In this document: positions 51,179 to 63,100 of the stretch, piece after piece
How positions within the stretch are numbered: the first letter of the stretch is position 1
Layout of the letters: every line of letters begins with the position of its first letter
Source: Candidatus Woesearchaeota archaeon
GTDB taxonomy: Archaea; Nanobdellota; Nanobdellia; SCGC-AAA011-G17; JAGVZF01
Assembly (NCBI GenBank): GCA_018302805.1
Contig: JAGVZD010000003.1
Span: forward strand, 6,538 to 70,537
Length of the DNA: 64,000 nt
Direction: 5' to 3'
The notes under the pieces: generated by a model
Seen by the model: only the letters and a program-made list of their open reading frames with translations
What the model was told of the DNA's origin: nothing
Database searches by the model: none
Made by a program: the position numbers and the translations under genes

Positions 51179-54100
51179 ATGAATTTAAAAACATTTTATC
51201 AGGATAAGAAAGGATGGATAAAAAGAAATCCAATATTTTTGTTAATTTCTTTAATAATTGTAATTGTAACTATTATCTTATTTGTAGGTTTTACAAAAGC
51301 AGATGGTACTTGTGTAGCTCCACCAACTGGATTAGTTAGTTGGTGGCCTGCTGATGGAAATACTAATGATATTACTGATGGTAACAACGGAACTCTTAGG
51401 GGTGGAACAACTTTTGCCACAGGTAAAGTAGGTCAAGCATTTACCTTAGATGGCATAGATGATTATGTTGAAGTTGCAGACGCCTCAAACTTAGATATCA
51501 CTAATGCATTAACAATTGACGCTTGGATTTATCCGCAAGCTATCGAAGCATGGGATAGGGTAGTTTATAAAGGAGAAGGCGATTCACTCAATAATGTTGC
51601 TTATGTTCTCGGATTAAGTGCTAATGGTGGAGTTTATTTTGGATTGTTTCAAGGTAATTCACAGTTATATATTAATGGTGGGGCAACAACGATCCTTATA
51701 AACAATTGGACTCATATAGCAGGTACTTGGAATGGATCCTTGATGCAAATTTATGTAAACGGAGTTCAACAGACAGAAACACAAGGACTAACAGGATCGA
51801 TAAATAGTGTTAATGCACCTCTTAAAATAGGTATTGGTGCTTCAGGTGGTTCACCTCATGCATTCTTTGGTCTTATAGATGAACCAGGTGTTTACAATCG
51901 AGCACTTAACCAAACAGAAATCCAATCTATTTATGATGCTGGAACAGCAGGGAAGTGTAAAGTTCAAGATACTACTCCACCTGCAGTTTTAGGCGAACCT
52001 AATTTAACAGTTACATTAAATACTGCAACTGTGAAATTCACTTTAAATGAACCATCAAATACCACAACAATTTATGGTACTATATCAGGTGGACCTTATC
52101 CAAATTCAGTTTCTAACTCTTATTTCAGTACCCAACCATATTATACCCTAACTAATTTGAGTTCTTCTACAACTTATTATTATAAGACAACTTTCTGTGA
52201 TCAGAATGGAAATTGTTTTACTTCTCAAGAGCTTAGTTTTTCAACATCTATACTTAATTGTGCTGCCCCCCCATCTAATTTAGTCTCGTGGTGGCCAGGA
52301 AATGGCATCAGCACAGATATAGTTGATGGTAATCATGGAACATTAATGAATGGGGCAACATATACTACGGGATTAGTTAATCAAGCATTTAGGTTTGATG
52401 GTGTAAACGATTATGTAAATATTAATCCTGATTTTTTGGATGGTGTGTGCCAGGGAACAATTGATTTATGGTTTAAGAGAGGACCATGGACAGAAGGTTA
52501 TACAACTCTATTTACTAAATCAAATGGTGGGAGTTGGGTAAATAACCATATACAAATTTCTAGAGACAGCACAACAGATTACATTGCCCTTACAATATCC
52601 AATAATGCTCAGTCAACACAAAATAATGTGCGAGTTGGTCCAATAAATGAAAACATATGGTATCATATTGCCATGACTTGGAGCGGTTCTAATCTTAAGG
52701 GTTATTTAAATGGAGTAGAGCAATCTTCTGTTGCAACGACAATATGTCTTCCAAGTGATAGTACCTTAGTTGCAATAGGCAAAGGTGCAGCTGGTACAAA
52801 TAGATATTTCAATGGATCAATTGACGAAATAGAAATCTTCAATCGAGCACTTAACCTAACTGAAATTCAATCAATTTATAATTCAGGTTCAAGTGGCATA
52901 TGTTTACCAGATGCGGACAACGACACAATTTATGATTATTCGGACCGCTGTCCTGGGACTAATCAGCAGGATAACACAACTTTTGAAATTGCAACAGGTT
53001 GCAAACAATCGCAAGTGGATTCAAATCTAGATGGCTTTTGTAATCCAGGCATTAATTTTAGCACTGTACTTTGCGTTTTTTCTTGCGCAACACCGCCATC
53101 TAACATAGTTAGCTGGTGGCCAGGAGACGGCAATGCTGATGATATTATTGATAGTAATAGTGGTACGCTTCAAGGTGGAGCTTCCTATTCAACAGGACTA
53201 ATTAACCAAGCATTTAGTTTCAGCACAAATGGCTATGCAATCACGCCTTCTCGTCCTGTTTCGAGTTTAATTGCCAATACTTTTACTATAGAATTCTGGG
53301 CAAATCCTGGATCAGTTTCAGATAGGCCGACATTTGGATTTGCTGGCAGTGGGGTTAGCAATTCAGCAAATCCGGTTGCTTCCTATGACACTGGTCTTAA
53401 CTTTGGTAACGGTGCAGGTTATCAACTTATGCAGGCATTGCCAAATGCTGCCGCAAATGCATGGACTCATTATGTAATTGTTGATGATGGTTCTAATTAT
53501 CGTGTTTATGTAAATGGTGTTCAGCAATATAGCCAAGCAATATCAGTTAATCCTACCTCTTCTTCCAATAGACAATTTTTATTTGGTCAATCCGGCTTTA
53601 GCAGTGGTTATGAACATTATTTTAATGGAAAAATAGATGAATTCATAATCTATAATCGTTCACTTAACCAAACTGAGGTCCAGTCAGTTTATTCTTCTGG
53701 ATTATATGGGAAATGCGCACCAGATGCGGACAACGACACAATTTATGATGTAATAGACAATTGTCCTCTTGTCTCGAATTTCAATCAAAGTAATAGTGAT
53801 TCAATACAGCTAGGAAAATATCCAAATTACTCAGGTTGGTCTGATAGTAGGATATCAACTTGTGGATCACAAGGAATTATGGGTGGCTACAATATTTTTG
53901 GTACTGGAGCAAGTACTTCAAAAATATTTGACTTACCTTCAGGCACGCACACACTGAATTTTACTTTTGTAAAGATTGATTCTTGGGATAGTGAATTTGC
54001 CCGGGCTTATGTAAATGATATTCAAGTTTGGAACAAACAATATACACCCACAGATGGAATTCAGATATGTGGTGGAGGGTTTAATTGGTATGAAATTATT

Positions 54101-57100
54101 GATCCGATTAGCGTCCAATTTAATCATTCTGGTGGACCGCTTGTACTTAGATTTGATTCTACAATTGATGGTGGTCCTACTGATGAAAGCTGGGGTTTAG
54201 ACAATATAAGAATTGTTGGAGATAGTTTTGGTGATGCTTGCGATAATTGTCCAAATGTCGGAAATCAAAACCAGAATTCAAATGTTTGCACAGATTCAGA
54301 TAATGATGCTGTTTTAGATTCTGTGGATTATTGTCCAAGTACAAGCCAATCAGATACCAGTTTATTTGAAATTGCAACAGGTTGCAAACAATCTCAAGTG
54401 GACACAAATTTAGATAATATATGTAATGAAGGGTTAAATTTTGCAACAACACTTTGTACATTTGCATGTTCTCCAATATTAAATGGCCTTGTAACCTTAT
54501 GGCCTGCAGAAGGTACACCAACAGATGTAATAGATTCTAATCATGGAACTATTCAAAATAGTGTTTCTTATGTAACAGGTAAAATAGGCCAGGCTTTTAG
54601 CTTTAGCAATAATGCCTACATAACTACATCCACTTATTTCCCTACACTGTTAAATAATTTTTCATTTACTCTATGGGTAAAACCAGCGTCAACACAAGTT
54701 ACCTATGCTGATATTTTTGGCAATCATGCTGATGGGTATAAAGGTATAGTTTTGCAGCAGGATGTTTCAAATACAAATTCATATAGTTGGGCTTATGGAT
54801 CTGGCTCAGCGTGGCTAGGAGTTCCACCAGTCCCATTCACTGCAAATACTTGGCAACATATAGCTGTTGTTAAGGATACTAATTATTGTTATCTGTATGT
54901 AAATGGTGTTGAAAGAAGCAGAGGAAATTGTCAAGCACCCGTAGTTCCAAATCCAAATTTAAATTTTATGATTGCACGAGGATATACAAGTGATCGTGCG
55001 TTTAATGGTGCTATTGATGATTTCGCAGTTTTTAATAGAACGTTGTCTGTTTCTGAAATACAAACAATTTATAATTCAGGTTCTGGGGGAATTTGCAAGC
55101 CGGACAATGATAATGATACAGTTCCGAATTTTCAAGATAAATGTTCTTCCACCAGCCAATCTGATACTAGTTTATTTGAACTTGCAACAGGCTGTAAACA
55201 AAGCCAAGTCGATTCTGATCTAGATGGAATCTGCAATCATGGTTTATCATTTGCAACATCTCTTTGTACGGCAAGCTGTTCAATTGCTCCCACAGGAATC
55301 GCTAGTTGGTGGCCTGGAGATGGGAATGCTAATGATATTGTTGATAATAATACTGGGATTCTTCAGGGAGGAGCTACATTTGCAACTGGTTTTGTAAATC
55401 AGTCATTTAGTTTTGACGGATCAAATGATTACATTGATACAGGATACGGTAGATTTTCCTCTATAGTTGACACATTTACAATTGAATTCTGGGCTTATCC
55501 TTTGGCAACAAGGACAGCGACTTCTGAGGCAACATCTGGTGCTACTGGAATAAGCGGCCAAAGATACGCAATCTTTCCTGAACATGGTGTGTATTTAGGT
55601 GGTGGATCAAACGCAGGAGCAGGCGTGTCTGTTGGTACCAATGGAATTAGTGTATTTGAACACGCCGCTAATTACATGCCATCATTATTGGTATATAATG
55701 CTCCCATATCAGGCTGGAATCATATAGCTGTAGTATACACAAATAAACAGCCTAAACTTTATTTAAACGGTCAATTAGTCAGAACTGGATTAACAAGTAC
55801 AACGGTTGTGCATCCTGGAAATGATATTGGTGAAACTGGAACAACTTATGGTTATTACAGTGGCTTAATAGATGAAGTAGCAGTTTATAATAGACCGTTA
55901 TCTTCATCTGAAATAGGACAGATTTATGGTGCCCAAGCTGCTGGCAAATGCAAAACACAACTGCCCCCTTCAGCTGTATTCCTAATTCCAAATGCATCTT
56001 CTTCTTTTAATCTTAATTCCACCATTAGATGGTCTATCAGTGATCCTGACAGTGAATTGTTCACTTCAAATGTATTTTACAATAATGGAACTCAAATAGT
56101 ATTTATTGATCAGACTGCAAGTACAAATCTATTCTGGGATACTTCACTTTTAACAGAAGGACTTTATTCGTTATTGTTAAATGTATCAGATGGACAAAAT
56201 TCCATAAGTATTAATTCCGATCAATTCAAAATTGATCACACAAGTCCTACTATAACATTAATAAGCCCCAGAGATAATGATATCAGATATGGAGGATCAT
56301 TGCAATTTTCATTTAATGCATCAGATAATTTTGATATAGTATTATCTTGTTCGTTAGTTATTGATGAGCAAAGAAATTTAGCTATTTCAGCTATTCGTGG
56401 GGTTACAACTACACTTACTGTAGGAAACTTAAGTGAGGGGCTTCATAATTGGAAAGTTGTGTGCACTGATTCTGCAGGGCTTAGAAGTGAAAGTAATTCA
56501 AATACTTTCACCATGGATAACTCAGTTCCCTCAATAGAAGCTGTTAATTTTGCGAACACATTTACAGGAGAACAAGTAATATTAACAGTAAATGTTACTT
56601 CAGTTCGTCAACTTTCATCAGTTCAAGCAACAATTCCAACAGTTGCACAAAATGGTACTCAAATTAATAGTACAATATCACTTTCTTTTGATAATAATAC
56701 TTTATTATTTACTGGAACCTTTGCAGCACCACCTCAACCAGGTACATATATTTCGTCAATTAGTGCCGCAAATATAATAGGTGGTGTAGCAATTCAACAT
56801 GTACCATTTACTATTCTTCTAGGAGTAGATTTAGTTATTGAACCAGAATCTATTTCTATATTACCATTAACACCATTTACCGGTTCTATTACGTCTGTAA
56901 CAGCTCTAGTAAAAAACATTGGTAACAGAGATGCATTTAATGTGAATGTTTCATTAAGTTCTTTAGGTCAAAATCTCTCAAGTGTAAAAATCAATGTCTC
57001 AGCCAATGGAACCACAACAGTTGTACTTCCGTGGGATACGAAGGGTTTTGCAGGTAATGTTCAAATTTCAATAAGAGCTTTAGGAATATTTACTGAATCA

Positions 57101-60100
57101 AATTCATCAAATAACATTGCACTTAAAACATTCTTTGTAGATGGACATGACTTATCTGTAACATCAATTAGTTTCATTCCAGCTTCTCCAGTATTTTCAG
57201 GAGAAACAGTAGGAATAATTGCAACCATCAGAAATAATATTAATGCAACTGCTGATTCTATCCGAGTAAATTTCTACGAAGGAACAGTTGATCTAGATCA
57301 TTTAATTGGATTTAGTGATATAGTATCGATAAACGGTAGCACTCAAAAAACTTCAAGTATAAATTGGCAAACAGCAGGACTACTTGGAAATAGAACTATA
57401 ATTGTTGAAGTAAATCCACAAAATTTCCCTGCAGAAGTTGAAAGAACAAATAATCGTGCCAATACAACATTTGAGCTCACTAGATTTGTTGCAGAACAAA
57501 TTCCAGACTTAATTACTTTTTTGAAAACTCCCCTTTTAAATGAAACAAATCAAAGCATAAGGGGTATAACTTCAAATGATTTCACAGGAGACGGAAAAAT
57601 AGATTTTGCAATTGTAACAAATTCCGGAAATTTAGTATTGTACGAAAATAATATAACTTCAGTATCTGAAATTGGAAATAAAAATATTGTTGTGTTCAAT
57701 CGTAATCAGATTGTAAATCTAGGAGAATTTACTCAAGGATTAGCTTCTGCAGATTTCCAGTTTGATAATTTCCCAGACATTATTGTAGGAACTTTAAGTG
57801 GAAAAGTATATCTCTTTAGAAATACAAATGGCATAATTCCACAAAATGGCGAAGTTATTTTTGATGCAGGTGACGATGTCTATGGTTTAACAATAGGAGA
57901 TGTTGATAATGATAATGATTTTGATATAATTACAGGTAATAGAATTGGTCATGTTGACTTTTTTATAAATAAAGGTCCCAATACATTAATATTTGAATTC
58001 AATAAAACTATCACCACAAGAGATCAACCTTATGGCTTAACAACAGGAGATTATGACCTTGATGGCCATATTGATATGATGATTGGAGATAGACTTGGTC
58101 AATTAGAGAGAATTGTATTTGAATCAAATAATTATAATGGATTCTTATTTGCTGACATTGGCGAATTTGCACACGGTTTAACAACTGCAGATATAGATTA
58201 TAGTGGCAAACTTGACCTATTTGCACTAGGCTTTAATGGAAATATTAATTTGTATTATAGTAGAGAAGGTGGCTTAGTTGCAGAACCATTAATTGTGGGA
58301 AATAAAAGAGAATCTTCTGGACTTTCATCAGGAGATTATGACAGGGACAATGATATAGATTTAATTGTAGGGTCTAATACCGGTGAGATTACTTATTTTG
58401 AAAATTCTCTTAGAATTCAAAAAAGCTTTTCACCTTTAGCAAGCCCTCCGCTTAGACCAATTCAAATATTCACAAACTTCAAAAACCCATATGCAAGACA
58501 AATGATTAATGTAACACTTCAAGAAAAGCTTAGCGAAAATCTGACTTTTGTGCAGGATTCATTCAGAGTTGATGATTTAAATAGTGCTGACCTTCATTTC
58601 TATGACACATCGCTTGATACCCCACAATCAAGATACCATTTCTATTTAAATCTTCCAAGCACAGTATTTGTAAAAAGGTGTTCAGCAACAGGAGAGTGTG
58701 GGGGTGCAGGAAGTTTCATCTATTCAGGAACTGCAGATATAATCGGAAATTCAATTACTATATCAAATGTACTAGATATTTTTAATCACATGCAGTCTAT
58801 ATATTTGCGTGAAGGATTTTCACTTGAATACATTGTCAAGTCCATGACTCCAAGTCCTCAAATATCTGCAAAATCTCAAATTAATTATACCCTACTTGGA
58901 CTGTTTAATACTCAACCTACAAGTTTCTTATTAAGTGATGATGTATCAAATTTAAATGATCAACTAGCAAATTCTAAGAATATAAATCCACTTCCATATA
59001 AAAATGATAAGGCATTTGCAGAAGCACTTATAAGAATCCCAGATTTTACTCCAATAGATATTATTTTCAGGAATCAAGAAACTATAGTACCCGGAGAAAC
59101 AATAATCTATGATGTTGTAGTTCAAAATCTGAATAATATCTCTATAAATAATGTTAATATAACATTTTTTGCAGATGGAAATAGGTCCTTAGGTTCACAA
59201 TTATTTAACATTGGAGCTTACGGAACCTCAATTATTAGGGGTCCTTCATTTACAAGTACATTCAACACACCAAGTATCAAAGTTATTGTAAACCCTGGAA
59301 ATACTGAATTTGAAACAAATAACATAAATAATGAAATTACTGAATATATAGGTACGGCAAATGCCACAGACCTAGCAATTGTTAATATTATATCAGATAA
59401 ATTAATCTATCAAGAAGGAGAACAAATTAGTTTTAATGTTACTGTAAGAAATGTAGGTACCGAACCAAATAGTTTTGGCTCGGTTGAAATAAAAGAACAC
59501 TTTAGGGGTGATTGTGGTGGTGTTCCAGATAATCTTAAACTAAGTTGTATTGTAAGTAACGATACTCAAATACCTCCAGGCGGATTTTGTGATCACGGAA
59601 TGACATCTAGTAATTCAAATACAGGTTCAATAAATCCTGGTGAAGAGAAAAGTTTATTATTTAATTATAGGCTTGGAAACTATAAGGCTAGATCCCAGGG
59701 TAACTATTTCATTAGTGCCATTCTTGGCAACATAAATGGAAGAAGCTCAAATATTGATTCATCTTTAATCAACAATGTTAAATTTACTCAAGAACCAATT
59801 GAAGTACTACCTTCACCAATAGATTTACAATTGGATTATGATTTACCACCTTTTGTATGTGGTCTAGAAAACTTACATCCCCTCTCACTGTCAATATTGA
59901 ACGAGTCCACAGTTCAAATTACTTATGACCAATTTAATAATGGTGGCCAAGATATAAATACACCATTTGATACATTGCTTTACTTAGACAATAATGATTC
60001 CATCCCACTTGCAAGAGTTACAACTAGCTTTATTATGAATCATTCTTCCAAAACTGAGGTTAAACAATTTTATCTAACAAATTTAACACCTGGTGACCAT

Positions 60101-63100
60101 AGAATTTATTTATATCTAGATTATGGCCAAAGCCAAGAACAATCTACTGCTAGGGCAGTTTCTGATCAGGGTTTTGAATTAACTGCTTCAATTCCTGGAA
60201 TAGTGGGGGAGGGAGAAACAACCACTCTTTTAATAGCCCCAATAAATAATGGATCTTCAATTTCCTTGATAAGAAATGAAATTGAGGTAAGATCAGCCGG
60301 ATTTACTCTTCAAGTGATTCCACATTCAATTAATTATGTAATTATAAAGAAGAATAATAATCAACCAATCCTAACAATCGGAGATTTAGTTGAAGTTATT
60401 ACAAATGGTGGATTAAATTCATCAAACGCTCCTATTGATTTGTCTAACTTTATTTCAATAGATGCAACATCTGCAAATTTAACAGATATGTTACATAATA
60501 AATCTTATAAATTATCAATTCCGGGTTCATTAACAGAATCAATAGAATCAATCAGACATAAGAATTATGTTGATTTCAGATGGAAAGAAATAATTGCATC
60601 TGATTTATTAATAAATCCATCTTTTGCTGCTCCAAGAGATTTAGTTACTATTTCAGCCTCTATAAGTAATGACGCTGATTTCCCATCAGGTGAATTTACA
60701 GTTAAACTTGTTATTGATGGAATTGTACAAGATCAAAGACTATTATCTCTAGGGGCAGGCGAATCTCAACCAGTTTCTTTTACTTATATAATACCTACAA
60801 GTGCAGTTTTATCGCATGATATTAAAATAATTGCAGATAGTGAAAATGTTATACTTGGAGAAGATGAATCAAACAATCTTGTAGAATCTTCTATTGCCAT
60901 CTCAGCAGATTATGAGCTCAACATTTTATCACGAGAAAATGGTATTAATAAATTATCCACCTTTGCTTTCGTTGATAATAATTTTGTATCACAACCAATT
61001 GGCTATGAAACGGTGAACATGGAATACGATGCAGCACCTTACTTTTTTGATTATGATTCAGATGGAGATTTGGATTTATTGGTTGGTTCCCTAGATGGAA
61101 AAATATATAGTTATGAAAATAAAGGTGGCAGTATATTTGAGGAAACTACCTGGGAAAATCTTGAAAATGTTCCTCAACAAATAATTATAAACGCTCAAAA
61201 TCAAGGTAATTTAGTTAGTAGAATTTCCACCTTAGATACTGGTGCAAGATCTGTACCAAGATTTATTAATATTAATGGAGATAATTATCCTGAATTAGTT
61301 ATCGGAGATGCACATGGTAGGCTTAGGATGTATCAGAAATTATCATTATTTGTTCCTGGTATTGGGATTAGATCCTTATGGAATTTAACAAATTTAAATA
61401 TCCTTAATAATCATAACCTAAAATTAACAAAGGTAGTCCCAGCATTTGCAGACCTTGATGCTGATGGTGATTCAGATCTTATTTTGGGAGATTCATCTGG
61501 ATTATTAAGAGGTTTCGAAAGAACAAATCAGAACAATACATTATTTTCTCCAATAGATTGGGGGTTGAATGGAATATCAAGTGATGGAAATTCAGCACCA
61601 TTCTTATTTGATCTAAATGGAGATAATGACTATGATTTAATTATTGGCAGTCATTCTGATATTACTATTTATGAAAATATTGGAAATGCTTCACAACCTT
61701 CATGGCAATTATCAGCCACAATTACTAATTTAACATCCAATAATACTGATTTTATACCGGCATTGGCATTTGCTCAAGGAATAAAAATGGTTTTAGGAAG
61801 TAATAATCCTCAACAAATGGATTTAAGAAAAGGATACTTTGAACCTGTTGGTGTTCAAGTAATAAATTATGCGCAAAATGAGATGGAATTAAATAGAATC
61901 TCCTTATTCGCAAAAGACAGAATTTCTGGTGCCTTAATAACATATTTATTCCAAGACGGTCCATTCGAAAAAAGACTGCTTAATCCTAGATCGTTCAATT
62001 GTGCAGATCCAATAGATGTTATATTTAGTGGATATCGTATAAAAGCTGTTGATGCCTTAGAAAAAGAATATAAGATTAATATCCCAAGCGATTTACCATC
62101 CAACGTAGAATTAAGTGCGAGAGCCGATAAGGTTGAAAATGTTAATCCACCATATTTCTATATTTATGGGGAAGGTGGTTGTGGCCCAACAACATATCTC
62201 GGAGGAGTAAAAGGAGCTCCAATTTATACATTAAACCCTCAGTTAAATTTAAACACATTTGATATTTTTGTGAATGAAAATGAAATTTATGAAATGAGTG
62301 GTTCGTACAAAGTTTTCATTAATAATACTCTTGTCCATGAACAAATTTGTGACGCCGATAAATTCTGTCCAATTTTTGGCCTTATTCCTAACCAAATAAA
62401 TACAATCTCTGGAGGTGGAGAAATAATTAGACATTCAATTGAAGAAAAATCTTTATTTGATATTGTTGAAGCAACTCAGCCTCCATTAGAATTGAGGATA
62501 GAAAATGCTTTTGGTTTAGAAATTAAGCCAAGTTACATTGAAGAAATTGTTGTTTCTTTAAAAAACAATAATAGAAGAGATTTTGAAATTGACAGGATTT
62601 CATTGGAACTTATAAATAATGATACTATAGTTGATTTATTTACTGATACAAATGCATTCAGTATTACACCAAATGAAAAGGTATTCAAGTCATATAATGT
62701 TCTTATACCAGTAGGAATCTCTCCTGATTCTACACTAGTTGCAAGAGCAATTGAAAAAAATAGTTTTGCTGATAATCAATATTCAAGGAATTCTATATCA
62801 GAAATACTTCCAGAACCAATTGAAAATGATCCATTAACAATTATCTCTGATCTTTCACCAAATGCTATCTATAATTCAAGTTCAGTCAATCCAATAATAG
62901 ATGAACAAGTTTTAGGTGGATATCAATATCCTTATCTTGTTGATTATTGTAATGTATGTGGTACTCAGCGTCCTTTTGAATGCACCAAGGCAAATAATAA
63001 CTTCTTAAAAAAGCAATCTTGGATATCCCAAACAGTATACAAAGCAGAATATCAGCTCCTAATGAGACAAACATGCGAACCTGGTTGTTTCGATGAGAAA

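Noticed and set aside
51300-55960. DNA-level tandem repeats that could suggest a CRISPR array or satellite
   Set aside because: The repeats are about 0.8-1.4 kb, in-frame and divergent at the nucleotide level. They are protein-domain (LamG) duplications, not CRISPR repeat-spacers. No short direct repeats with unique spacers occur anywhere in the window.
54015-62434. Small forward- and reverse-strand ORFs inside giant gene 2 (for example 54015-54200, 54177-54521, 55779-55997 and 61752-62103)
   Set aside because: They are off-frame or antisense within the open frame-2 giant ORF.
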